Origin: Rhynchobatus australiae
Lineage: Eukaryota
NCBI GenBank assembly: GCA_034780895.1
Contig: JAUZTB010000072.1
Span: forward strand, 8,289,476 to 8,353,475
Length of the DNA stretch: 64,000 nucleotides
Reading direction: 5' to 3'
The number at the start of each line of letters is the position of its first letter. The first letter of the stretch is position 1. A program made the translations under genes and the position numbers. This document shows positions 51,011-64,000 of the stretch, one piece after another. The notes beneath the pieces were generated by a model. The model made no database searches. It saw only the letters and a list, made by a program, of their open reading frames with translations, and had not been told where the DNA came from.

Positions 51011-54000
51011 CCTTCCTCCATTTTTTTTTGTTCGCAACATTAATCCTCTGGTACAACTGTAGTGGCCAGGAAGGACTGAGAAAAGATTGTATGCATTTAC
51101 TAGTTTTGTGTTCAAGGATTTACAAACAGAGCTAGCCCAACAGAATGTATATTCTCCCATTTATAAAATGGTCTCATGGTGGAAAAGCAAGAACCACTGC
51201 TTTTTCACATAGAAAGTAGAAATTAAGCAATGAAAAACACATTTTGGTTTGTAAATCTGTGGTCAATTACTGTATTGTTTCATAACTTCTCCATCCCCAC
51301 ACTTAAATGCCACTCCAAAAACGTTTCATATTCACCTTGTCTTTTCAAATTCTCCTCCAAATATTTGGCTTGTTTGATTCCTCTTGCAAGTTCCAGTGAC
51401 TTTTCTTCATTACAAGCACAATGTGTATGGTTTTTGTAATTTACAAGAGAAATAAGTCCTTGAAGGGTTCAAAATGTTATGTTCGTCCAGAAGAATGCAT
51501 TCCATTTTCTTTTAAAAATAATAAATTACATATCAGACTGAAACACATCCAATGATATTCATGGCTATATAAATTACAAGACCCTAACCAGTGATGGCAT
51601 TGCATTCTGTGATGTACAGTATCATTTGGAATCAACAAATCGGTACCATTATCTACTTTTTCATCAATACCCAACAGTGAAGGGAAAGACTTAAGGATGA
51701 TCCAAATTACTTCCACATAAATAAACTTATCAAATCATTTGTACAACTGCTGACAATCTTGGTGTCACATAAGCAAAGTTAATTTCTGATTGCGTATCCA
51801 TTCATTCAGTCATTAAGACTGCTCACATATCACTTTGTCAGACTTGCCCCTGCTCCAGCTGATCTGCATCCCAAGACCTTCATCCATGCTAGTTCCCATT
51901 AGACGTGACAATTCCTTCAGTGCAACTACCTTGTTTACATCCTCTGCCAAATTTGAGTTCATTCAAAATTCTGCTGCCCCATCACATTGCTACACCCATA
52001 GCCTTTCCACCATCTAGATAGCTCTAGTAGGAGTGCAAGATACTCTACACATCTGGATGATGACAGATCTAACACTCGGGAAGCTCAATGACAAACCAGC
52101 TCCTTTGATTAGCACCTGATCCACCATCCGAATTATTCATTCGCTCCATCATTGAGACACTATGGTTGCAAGCTGTACTATCTGCATACTGCACCACCAG
52201 CTGATTTCCCTCAAGGTTACACACCATCATAATGAAATTCCTTCACTGTCACTGGGCTTTAAATCCTGGAACCATCCCACAGGATTGTTAAAGTACCATC
52301 AGCAGAAGGGCTGCAGCAGTTCAATGTGGCGACTCCCTTACCATCTCCTCACATCCTGTAAATTAAGAAAAAAGTTTTGAAGTGTTTCAATGTATTTGAA
52401 ATACCCCAAGGACATGAAAGGTAATAAATCAATTCAAATTCATTATCTAAATACTTTGAAAATATGTGCCAGTATTCATTTCACTTTATCAATACACTGT
52501 CATTATCTCAATTTGCCAGACAAAAGACTTCTCCCTTATAAATTCAGTTCGGCCTTCTTTAGTTAATCTAATTTTCTAGGTAGCAAATTTATTTTGTATT
52601 TTATCCATTATCAAAATTTCTTTCTATGATTACATTATTTTAAAATGTATTTTCAAACACTTCCTTTGGTTTGCAAGTATCCCAGAACAACATGTGGTAC
52701 AAAATCTGATAGTCAAGACATCACAGTAGAGAATAAAAACTCAGACTTTAAGAAGGTTCCTCAAAGTGTCGTGCAAATCACATCTTCCAAGAGAAAATGA
52801 GTTAAGTTTGTGAACCCATTTGCCACCCAGTGACCACTGCAGGAATTGCAGGAGGTCTCACGATAGAACAAGAGATAAATAACTCTTGATTTTTCTGACT
52901 TAAATCTCATTGGTTATAACTGTTTGAATGTGTTTAGGTTTTAAAAAATGTTGATGCTTGTGTTCATGTACTCTAAAATCTCAGTGTCAAGAAAAATACA
53001 TCTTTAACCAAAAGATGGAGAATTAAATGTCAAGTTGGGTGCAGAAAGAGGGGTCAAAGGGAAAAAAAAGATAATTTATACCTAACAATTCACAACTAGA
53101 AGGAATGAGATTCCATTCTTAAAACTGTACACTTTCTAGCTAACAGAGGTGGACGTTAACAAATATCACATTCTGTAACTGAACTTGATGATCAGTTTTA
53201 ATGAGCAGCAATACAAACACAGAATCTTCATGAAAATCACATCAAGGAGAGATGCTACATTCACAAAAATAACACCAGAGTGACTCANNNNNNNNNNNNN
53301 NNNNNNNNNNNNNNNNNNNNNNNNNNNNNNNNNNNNNNNNNNNNNNNNNNNNNNNNNNNNNNNNNNNNNNNNNNNNNNNNNNNNNNNNNNNNNNNNNNNN
53401 NNNNNNNNNNNNNNNNNNNNNNNNNNNNNNNNNNNNNNNNNNNNNNNNNNNNNNNNNNNNNNNNNNNNNNNNNNNNNNNNNNNNNNNNNNNNNNNNNNNN
53501 NNNNNNNNNNNNNNNNNNNNNNNNNNNNNNNNNNNNNNNNNNNNNNNNNNNNNNNNNNNNNNNNNNNNNNNNNNNNNNNNNNNNNNNNNNNNNNNNNNNN
53601 NNNNNNNNNNNNNNNNNNNNNNNNNNNNNNNNNNNNNNNNNNNNNNNNNNNNNNNNNNNNNNNNNNNNNNNNNNNNNNNNNNNNNNNNNNNNNNNNNNNN
53701 NNNNNNNNNNNNNNNNNNNNNNNNNNNNNNNNNNNNNNNNNNNNNNNNNNNNNNNNNNNNNNNNNNNNNNNNNNNNNNNNNNNNNNNNNNNNNNNNNNNN
53801 NNNNNNNNNNNNNNNNNNNNNNNNNNNNNNNNNNNNNNNNNNNNNNNNNNNNNNNNNNNNNNNNNNNNNNNNNNNNNNNNNNNNNNNNNNNNNNNNNNNN
53901 NNNNNNNNNNNNNNNNNNNNNNNNNNNNNNNNNNNNNNNNNNNNNNNNNNNNNNNNNNNNNNNNNNNNNNNNNNNNNNNNNNNNNNNNNNNNNNNNNNNN

Positions 54001-57000
54001 NNNNNNNNNNNNNNNNNNNNNNNNNNNNNNNNTGTACTGTCACAAGAGCAGATTTCAAAGATTTTGCTTTAAACAATTTTGTGGAGAATCAGTGGGAATT
54101 TCAGGTACTATAACATAATGCACAGCAAAGCAATACATCATCGTGATTACATATTTCTATTTAATCAGCCCCACATCAGTTTAAGTAGTAAATTTCTGTA
54201 ACCACTCAGAATTTCTCTCCAGGTCAGAGAAGTGAGAAGAATATGAATTTTGATGAGATGGAGAGCCCTGGAAACACATTAGTATGAAGATGATAAATAT
54301 CAATAAAGAGGGGGTGGGGAAAAAAGAAATCAGAACATCGAGGTAATACCCCTTAACAGGTTTACATTTTTAAAAATTATCTACTGCAAAAGCATTGCAA
54401 CTTGCTTCAATTTAAACTTGACTTTGACGCTAACTGAACTATACCCGAGGAAAGGAATAAAGTTATCATATATTCCATTGGGTGAAAGCAATTTTAGTAA
54501 GTTTACGAAGATTATTTTGAGAACAGTGTCAAATACAAGATGGAATAACAGATCAAATTTAATAATTTTGAACTTTGTTACTATAGGCATACTGTGCAGC
54601 CACTATTTTACATAGCTGACCTTGCAGATAATTCAGTAATTAACTTTTTCATATTCATAAAGAAAATAAAATCATAAATTTTAACCACACATTTTGGGAA
54701 ACTGCACTTCCTTATGTTGTTTCACTTAATAATTATAAGTGGAACGTATGGCCCAGTAGGATTCCATTATTCAATTCAAACACCTGCATGCTTCCACAGT
54801 GTTTAATTACATTTGTACTGTTCATAAAATGCTGCATTTCAAAAGTGCTATTAAGTCTGGTCTTATCAAAAGCTGCAGTAATTTTTTCATAAATTAGCAG
54901 TTTCATTAAAACTTCTGAATCATGAAACATTCTTCCACCTCACAGTAAGCTGTTGCAGTTGCCACTTAGTTCTCTGCTGTTAGACTGAGCACACATCATC
55001 TGATTTTTAGTTCCTTCTTTCAATAACTGAGTTTATAGATCATGCTCCCTTGAAGAACACTGATAAGTTCTATGGCTAAATGGCATCCAATTTTTATACA
55101 ATGGGTCAGGACCTTTCCCTCTGTGATCAATTATACACTTCGGATAAAGCTGTGTTGTCTGAGCCTAATAGTCCTCAACCTAGAAAACAGATTAATTAGA
55201 GAACACAAGTACATCACACTAATGTGTTACTAAATTACAACTTTATCTGGCAAAGGATTACAACTGAGTGAAAAGGTAATGAAAATAGGATACAATGCAG
55301 CTTTATACAGTTGGAACATTCATGAAGCACCATTCATGCATTCAGCAATATATTTTGGCTCTCTGGACTTATGATGAAATTAATTATTCTCCACTTTTAA
55401 TTATTTAATATAGTGAATCACAAAATGCACAAATACTCACTTTTTCTTGATCCGTAATGTAGTAGCCCATGCATAACCATGAGAAATAAACCACGTCAGT
55501 GACTTTCTGATAAAAAGGTTAACTTCCACACTACAGCATCAGAGATGTCATTAGGAGTAGAGAGCCAGGCTAATCCCCTTGGGTACTTATTGCACAAAGC
55601 AAACCAATGGAATCTCAATTTTTGCTTGGATCAAGTTTTGACAATGCACCAGAGTTAGGTTTTACTAATGAACAACCTGGACCCACCCAGACCTAGCAAG
55701 ACTCCCATAATACAGAATCATTATTGTATTAAAACTCAAGTCTTCTACCAACCAGTTAGTTGCCATTTTACAATGATCCTCTTAAACCAAAGATTTCATT
55801 TTTGATGTTCGAAGAACTAAGAATACTTTCAAATCTACTTTAACTGCTTTACCATTTCATATGTGTACCCAAAGTATCCAATGGTCATTTGAGCCTCCAT
55901 TTTGTGCACAATGGAACCATTTTATAGTCTTACATTAACTTGTAATTTCTTCAGGTTATGACTTCTGGAAGAAGTCACAGGATAAGTAAAACGCATTAAT
56001 TCAGAGTCCATTTTAACTCTTTTGGTTTGGACACATTTCTATCCATCATGTAATATTTCCTGTAGGCTGATGCTTGTCAAGGCACGTTACATATCGAAAA
56101 AAGTGAATAACAGTCCAGTCACCAGCATCAACAGCTCATACCATTGATGAATCTATGGGACCTTTACATCTTGCTTTTGTATTAATGAACCAATGCCAAC
56201 ACACAATTTGGCAGCTAAGTGCAACAGCTGCATCCAGAACAGAACCACTGAACATGCAAAAATTCCAAAAACAGGGAAAAAAAATCCACCCAGCATTTAT
56301 TACCAGCCTAGAACAGTTTTTAATTCAAGTTATACAGTTATTTAATGGCATCTCAAGTCTGGAACATTATCTTCATAAGCATTCCAATAGCCACTTGCAT
56401 TGAAGCAAGTCTCAAAATCATAACTGATCCACGTTAAGCTTGGCTTTTCAAAACCAATTTTCAAATAAATGCACAAACTGGTACAAGTAAAATCTAGCAT
56501 TAATCTGTGAGTCGCCTTTTCAAATCAGACCAGTAACTCATGAGATTAACCACACAAGTTTAAGGAAAGTGCTGTTTCACATGGTAATATCCTCGATTTG
56601 CTGTATGTAGAATCAAGGCAGCAGCTTCTGAGAAAGTTTGCATTTCTGTATGGGACTTGTAATCCTTTATTTCAGAGACTCTGACCTCCTAGGTTTTTCA
56701 CTTCTTTCACAAGATCCAACAGTCGTCTCGGATCACAGGTAGAAAGTTTGTAAGGAGAAAGGATCCTCATTCGTGCAGTGTGTTTTTTTTAANNNNNNNN
56801 NNNNNNNNNNNNNNNNNNNNNNNNNNNNNNNNNNNNNNNNNNNNNNNNNNNNNNNNNNNNNNNNNNNNNNNNNNNNNNNNNNNNNNNNNNNNNNNNNNNN
56901 NNNNNNNNNNNNNNNNNNNNNNNNNNNNNNNNNNNNNNNNNNNNNNNNNNNNNNNNNNNNNNNNNNNNNNNNNNNNNNNNNNNNNNNNNNNNNNNNNNNN

Positions 57001-57730
57001 NNNNNNNNNNNNNNNNNNNNNNNNNNNNNNNNNNNNNNNNNNNNNNNNNNNNNNNNNNNNNNNNNNNNNNNNNNNNNNNNNNNNNNNNNNNNNNNNNNNN
57101 NNNNNNNNNNNNNNNNNNNNNNNNNNNNNNNNNNNNNNNNNNNNNNNNNNNNNNNNNNNNNNNNNNNNNNNNNNNNNNNNNNNNNNNNNNNNNNNNNNNN
57201 NNNNNNNNNNNNNNNNNNNNNNNNNNNNNNNNNNNNNNNNNNNNNNNNNNNNNNNNNNNNNNNNNNNNNNNNNNNNNNNNNNNNNNNNNNNNNNNNNNNN
57301 NNNNCCAACCCTACCCATATACTAAATTTTGATGCCCTATATTTGTTTGTAATGGCCATGTAGGCAAGAGTTTGGGTCTCTTTTTCTCTATGTTACATTC
57401 TGTTTACAGTAACTGCAAACTCAAATTACATCACTGTTGCAGTTCTAAAAATAAATTAAAGTGTTCAATTTTTTTTATTTTTTTGCTGCACAGAAAAATG
57501 GAACCATATGTCCTTTTAAAAATAACAAAAAAGCGTAAAATTTAAAACAAAAATATTTTCTATAAATAATACATTTCTTTTAGTGCTCCCACCCATGGTT
57601 CTTTAACATCACCGCGGCTTTTCTTTACGTGCGTGTACCATAATTTTCATCATGATCGCTGACTGTATATCCGTGCATATTTGTTGCGATGATTGGCCTT
57701 TGTGCACTTTGATTGGCGAAGACTTTAGTT

Positions 57731-57912
57731 TTAGTTATCTTCCGACTCCTCCTCTGCTTCTCTTAGCCATGTAAAAAAAGCCGTAACAGATTTTAGCGCT
57801 ACCCCTTTGCCACTCTGTTCTGCTGGGTCTTTGCTACATTCCCATTTGTAGAATGTATCTTCAGATATAACATCCTCATCATACAAAGTGTCAAAGAACA
57901 TCCTTAACAAGT
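57731..57912 (-). CDS. EIF4G3: eIF4G3 last coding exon (W2 domain C-terminus)
   Basis: Acceptor at 57913-57914; [59 protein letters not shown] then stop. The [13 protein letters not shown] end is typical of EIF4G3, and the HP1BP3 neighbour supports the call. Confidence 0.96.
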
Positions 57913-58843
57913 CTGTTTGGAATAGGAAAAATGGAAAAGGAATGCAGCATATTAGTATATCGCAGCACAGAGAAAAACTATTAGTCTGTTTATATTGGGG
58001 GCAATTTGATGAAATGAGAGTAGTTTTTTTTGAAAAAGCTAATAATTGCATACAGTATTACTGGAGTTGTGTTTCAGCAGGAACCATGGCAAGTTTTAAG
58101 ATTAGAGAGGCAGCTGTAAGAAATGTGAATAAAAGGTCCATGGGATTGGGGTAGGCACGCGGGGTTGAGAGTACCATCCATATGGAGAAAACTCGATAGT
58201 CTATTTTAAAATTCTTATTCAATAGAAAAAAAAACTCAGTAATTAAGATAAGTGATAGTTTAATACAACATATTTTAAAGAGGAGGTTTTGTAAATATAA
58301 CACTGAGTGGGCCAGTGGCAAGAAATCCCACCCACTTTTGAATATGCAGATCAAAGCCAACACGATTACACAAAGCTTGCGCTGAGATGCACAAACCCTG
58401 AAGGGATTCTCAAGCTTGCACAGCTCTGGACTGCAAGGTATACAAAGACATAGAATGGCGAGGTCTTACTGATTGAGTGCCTGTCTGTATTGACCAGTTG
58501 CAAATGTGGAAAGCCAATTTCACTGGCCCAAAGCATCCAGGACTAGTGGCATGGTGTCAGTGACTGCAGAGCCTTCAGCCATGCAGTGTTAACTGCAGAG
58601 CCTTCAGCTGTGCTTTGCCTTCAAATCACCCTGAAAACCTGGACAGGCAACACCTTGGTTGTAAAAGCTCCCAGCTGCTTTCAATCATTATTATATATTT
58701 GTAATATTCAGAAATTTAAAAAAATGATTGAAATTCATATAAATGAAAATCAAAATTACTTTGATTAGAGGAAGGGGTGAGAGAGATTATATTCCATAAA
58801 GTTTAGATAAAACTATTAGTAAAGAAGCTTGCACATTACTTAC

Positions 58844-58990
58844 TAGGAGGTTGATCAAGTTTTACTATTAATGCTTGTAGTGCATAAAGTGCTTGTAATT
58901 CTCGCTCAGGATCAGAATTAAGGTACTTGAGTAACAATCGCAATCTCTGCTGTATAATGTTTGCATCTACACGACTTTGAACCCCTTCTC
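58844..58990 (-). CDS. EIF4G3: eIF4G3 penultimate coding exon (W2 domain)
   Basis: 147 nt, phase 1/1; [48 protein letters not shown]; GTAAGT donor. Confidence 0.96.
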
Positions 58991-60484
58991 CTAGAAGTAA
59001 CAAGAGAAACAACATTGACAAAGAGCTCATGGACAGAAATCAAGAACATCTTTACAAAACAATGGTATATTTGGTGCAAAATCGCTCTCTAAGAATGCAT
59101 AGCACTTTTCCAATATACCATAACCACAGCATCCTTAAAACATTTTAAGCTATACAACAAGCCTACATTAAATACTCATTCTGTAATTTTTGTGTTCTTA
59201 TTTTACCTTGCACACAAGATTTAAATATTTCAGATATTCACCAAAACACAGACCAATGTATAAACTCCAGTACTCCAGTGAGTAGACCCACAGAGCATAC
59301 AGAAACCTCACCATGTTCCAACGTAAAGAAAGTCTGCCTACNNNNNNNNNNNNNNNNNNNNNNNNNNNNNNNNNNNNNNNNNNNNNNNNNNNNNNNNNNN
59401 NNNNNNNNNNNNNNNNNNNNNNNNNNNNNNNNNNNNNNNNNNNNNNNNNNNNNNNNNNNNNNNNNNNNNNNNNNNNNNNNNNNNNNNNNNNNNNNNNNNN
59501 NNNNNNNNNNNNNNNNNNNNNNNNNNNNNNNNNNNNNNNNNNNNNNNNNNNNNNNNNNNNNNNNNNNNNNNNNNNNNNNNNNNNNNNNNNNNNNNNNNNN
59601 NNNNNNNNNNNNNNNNNNNNNNNNNNNNNNNNNNNNNNNNNNNNNNNNNNNAGTGGATCAGCCTCAAGGGATAAGATGTAGTCTTCTACTTCTAATACTA
59701 TCAACACATACTTAAAAACAAACAGGAAAGTACCATTATATAATTAATCCTGTAGAATATGTTCAAAATCTATATGGTTTTCTAGTGTTCCCTCAGTTAG
59801 GTTGTATTAGAATTACACCAGGTTTTGAAGGGGAGGTTTAACATCTCAATGCTTGCTTGTATTCCCTCCATCCCCAGATCACATTTACCACACAGTATTG
59901 CATTACACAGAACTGTCAATCAGGAAATAAGAAGAAAGATGGCTTATTCCTGGACCATCAAAACACCCCATGGACTACTAAAAGATTTAGTTTGTTACCA
60001 CCCACAGCTTCCTCTGACAATTATCCAGGGTGGCTTTAAAAAGATTAAAAGGCTTGCAGTCTTTCTACACTTGTTTTTCCGTATCCAAAGATGTGTTTTT
60101 TACCCCACTGAAAAACACCCAGTTAACAGTTACCATCTACCTTTCTATTTTTTTCCTCTATGCACCAAGATTCAGTATTTTTATGTGCTCTCATTGTAAT
60201 GATTTTCATCAAATCTTTGGAGTTAGATCATTTCTTTGATTTGGTTTAAATGGAAAATTCAAACAAAAACTACAAGCATTAGACATTTATCACCACATGA
60301 TAACTGAAAATATGATTTGCTAGTTTTGAGAAATTACATAATTGAAAGGGAGGATCTTACAGAATCTGTAATCTTAATGACCACACCTATGAGTCTTCTA
60401 AGTGAAATTACTCATAGTTCTTGGTTCATGGCTACTGTGGCTAACAGTCTCAGTGCTCACCAGCAATTAAACCAATATTTATGA

Positions 60485-61022
60485 TTTTCAACAGCACGAT
60501 CACTGAATTCTCCAATTTCAGGTAAAGTGCTCCCCTTCTATCCCTTTTCTCTCTCCTCCTGATCTAACCAGTTCCTCCCACACACACACACCCCAGACCC
60601 CTATTGCCCGATTTATTTCCCCTCCTCCATCCACTCCATCTATCCATCACCCTTGCACTCCTCCCACTGGGTCCCCTTCCCCACCATTCCTATCTGCCAA
60701 CCCCAGCTCCCTTATTTGATTCCATGCTCCACCTTCCTTTCTGATCAGATTCCATCATCTGCAGCCTTTTGTTGACTCTTCTTATCACCTTCCAACCTCT
60801 GTTGCTATTTCTATTCTTTACTCCTCTGTCTGCTTATCACCCCTCCTCACCCTCTACCAACTATTGCTTGCCAGCTCTTGCTCCACCCTTTCCCCGACCC
60901 CTTTATATCTCCTCTATCTTTTAGTCCAGATTAAGGGTCTTGACCTGAAACGCTGACTGTCCATTTCCCTCCATAGATGCTGCCTGATCCACCGAGTTCC
61001 TTCAGCTTCTTGTTTGTTGCTT
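60485..61022 (+). mobile_element. Penelope-like element 3' end with hammerhead-like motif
   Basis: gaattctccaatttcaggtaa (EFSNFR, stop), a C/T-rich 3' region, then ccagattaagggtcttgacctgaaacgctg (60926-60955) and the family tail. Confidence 0.8.
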
Positions 61023-62051
61023 TACAATCAAAGAATTTTGCTTTTAAAATTTAAAGTTTTTGCATATAATTTAAAAAAATTATTGGAACCTATGAAGTTA
61101 AAAAAGAAATCTGTTTCTAAGGGTTTAAATTAAATCCAGGGATTTGGGGCTGTGTGGTCTGACCCATGGACCAACAGTTGCAGAAGTAATTACTGGTACT
61201 TACCTCTGTTCCTGGTCGGAAGGTGGCCAGGTTGGCAGAGTGGTTTGCTGTTTGCCAAGCCAGCCTCACTCACTGACATGCTGCTGGGAGTGCAATTATC
61301 TGACCTGTGTGTCAGTCTTACCTGTAAGTCCACCTCTGCTGAGATTTTTTGGCACAGCAGAATGGTGAGAGAATACAGGTTAAGTGAGACCCCAGCTTTT
61401 CCCTGGGGTTCTGGTTTGTTGGGTACCCTAGGAGTGGAGAGTAAATTTGGCAAACACTACCCTTATAATTGTTGCAAAAATTACCCACTAACAAAGGTGA
61501 GCCATTTTGGCAACCAACCAAATAAAAACAGAAACTGGCCCTAAATTTTTTGAAATTTACTGAGACTATTACAAAAAATTTCCATAGTTCTTGATTTCTA
61601 CCAGATGATTGACATGAACACCCTGGTGACATTTCTCAGCTGAAACCTTTTGAAGGGTGAGAAGAAACAGCAGAAGGAATTGAAGGAACATGACTCACGG
61701 GAAATGATTAGTGCCTCAGGGGGATAGTCATGTGAACACCCTGTCTCTTGCTCTCTCTAAGACCCCCCATTCCCACCCCCCCAACCGCCTCTTCGGCCAA
61801 TAAAGCTAATGTCATAGAGTATTCAGTCAGGAGTTCAACAGGCTCAATTGATATCAGGCTGGCCACATTGTGGCCACAAACCATTAGCAGGTTATGGGTG
61901 GATGTCAAATTAATGATTTGACTCATGACTTTCCGTAAGAACATACAACATACTTAGCAACAAACTTAATGAATCACCATTTTTTTTGCATTGAATTTAA
62001 ATCAGTACATAGTATATTATAAAAGCCACATAAAGAAGCTGATTTATTTAC

Positions 62052-62133
62052 CTGTAATAGAGGATCTACATACTGTTGTCATCAAAGCTCTAAGGAATGT
62101 CGATGAACCAATCTGTGATTCATCTAAATTAGC
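62052..62133 (-). CDS. EIF4G3: eIF4G3 coding exon
   Basis: 82 nt, phase 0/1; ANLDESQIGSSTFLRALMTTVCRSSIT; AG/GT boundaries; in frame with the downstream exons. The gene continues beyond the window end. Confidence 0.94.
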
Positions 62134-64000
62134 CTGTAGGAAGATAAAGAAATAATTTTAGAATTGGACAATAATGAAAGGAACTTCCTTTGATTTGAAC
62201 CAAGTGCATTTCTGACCTTTCAGCTTGAGGTTTCACCCTGCAATTTTACATTTAAAGTAAAAGTACATCTGAATAAAACCAACTACCAGACTCTATCCAT
62301 AAGAAAGCTGCATAAAAAAGCCTATCCAAATTATAGCACCAGAGGACAAAGGGCAGGAAGCAGAACTGGAAAAATATCCCATTTTAAAAATTCTTTGTGA
62401 TCACTTAGGTTGCGGTGTGGTATTTAGTGACTTGACTCCTTTTTTCAAAAAAAGAGAAGCAGTATTTATGGAAAATTAGTGACAGATGATGCCTACTGGT
62501 CATCGATGCGACAAAGAGAAAGCACATATGCAACAATTAAAAGGGGAAATGAGAAAATTTTCTGTACACAAAGGATGCTGGTACAGGAAATTCTCTGCTA
62601 GCAATCATGCCGAAGTAGACACCAAAAATAATATTAAAAAGAAAATTGGACAATTGCTTAAAAACAAAACAGGGTTTGGAGAGAGAGCTGTTGTAAAATG
62701 GTCACTCCTCAAAGCAAATTAAAAACAAAAACCTGTTCTGATTTTTTTCCTTTCTGAAAGACTAATTTATACAGCATCTCACGTGATAACAAGACATCCC
62801 AAAGCATTCTGCACTTAATGCTGGATTTTTAAACTGTTATAATATAGGAAGTGGGCCTGTTATTTCTTAATATTGTAAGGACCCAATGACTAGATAATTT
62901 ATTTTAGTTATCTCAGTTGAGGGATAATTATTGGCTAGGACACAAAAGAGAACTTCCCTGAATCTTTTGCACTTTGCTAATAAAGGCAGATCCCTCAAAT
63001 TTCAGTGCACTGGGTGATCTCCCTCAGTATTACACTGGAGTATTGTCTGGATTNNNNNNNNNNCTCAGAGGTGAGAATGCCAATCATGAAACAAAAAAAA
63101 AAATCACATCCATAATTATTAATAATTAAAATGACAATATGAAGTTAGCATTGGTCAAATAAGCAACAGCTAAAAGTATAACTGTACAGGAAAATCATCA
63201 AGCTAAAATATGGATTTATAAGTTTACCAATGATCAAAATGCCACAAAACATTAAAGGCAATCATTGTAAATTAGATGCATCTGATTTTCAGAAATTATA
63301 TTGAAAACATTTTTGAATAATTTTACAACAAAACAGTTTTAGTTTAACATAGAAATCTGTATTACGTGCTTGCCTAATTGGACATAATACTNNNNNNNNN
63401 NNNNNNNNNNNNNNNNNNNNNNNNNNNNNNNNNNNNNNNNNNNNNNNNNNNNNNNNNNNNNNNNNNNNNNNNNNNNNNNNNNNNNNNNNNNCTGTATTAC
63501 GTGCTTGCCTAATTGGACATAATCCTCGCAGATCAGGATTGCAATGAATTACATACAAAAACAATAAAAAATTGCTGCAATGTTAATTTTGCAACCTGCT
63601 TTGTCTCAGAGGAGTCATCTTAATGATTAAATGACATCTAGAGTAAGCTTCAATTGACTGAAGTCTCAGTGTTTGTGTTTGATTTTTTTTGGGGAGGTAT
63701 TTGACAAGCATGAAAACCTGATGCTATGTTTAACAATCTCTGCATAAAGTACTGAGAAATCTATGTACAAGGAATCTCTGCTTACCTGAAGCAAAATGCC
63801 CTGTCTGCCCGTAATTACATTAGATCAATAAAAATTAAATTAACACATCAATATTATTAAATGAAAGAATCAACAGCATCACAGAATTATTGATCACAAA
63901 CTACTGCAGGGAAGGCAACTGAAAAATCAAACACAGACTCTTCAACAGATTCTGGACATGCCTGGGTACTGTTTAAAGTTACAAATTTCTATATGTAACA

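Noticed and set aside
53280-59715. Long ORFs at 17.5-18.1, 53.3-54.1, 56.7-57.4 and 59.2-59.7 kb
   Set aside because: They consist almost entirely of X from N runs.
63780-63800. Minus-strand donor CAG|GTAAG as a further EIF4G3 exon
   Set aside because: The adjacent sequence does not encode the expected preceding residues (recalled as ...FDW.E).

Overview
Vertebrate genomic DNA from a gapped draft assembly; the repeat content points to a cartilaginous fish, probably a ray or shark (inference). Three spliced genes lie on the minus strand. (1) Two isolated internal exons of an axonemal dynein heavy chain, best matching DNAH12 as recalled (4036-5036). (2) A complete HP1BP3 gene with 11 coding exons (13943-31392, 506 aa when spliced) and a CpG-island promoter at ~33.5-34.9 kb. 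(3) The last three coding exons and 3' UTR of EIF4G3 (57731-62133). The EIF4G3-HP1BP3 arrangement matches the conserved vertebrate order; the DNAH12 neighbour does not. The rest is intronic or intergenic and rich in decayed CR1, Rex1/Babar and RTE LINEs, V-SINEs, Tc1/mariner-type MITEs and Penelope-like elements (PLEs). The most notable observations are a tandem array of co-oriented YY1 motifs in the HP1BP3 promoter, PLE termini with minimal hammerhead-ribozyme-like motifs (including short palindromic copies with target-site duplications), orphan DNAH12 exons with no room for the 5' part of the gene, a non-canonical HP1-binding motif in HP1BP3, and a small templated insertion. I see no firm evidence of a wholly new biological system; these are leads. 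Homology calls come from recalled sequences, not database searches, and repeat boundaries are approximate.
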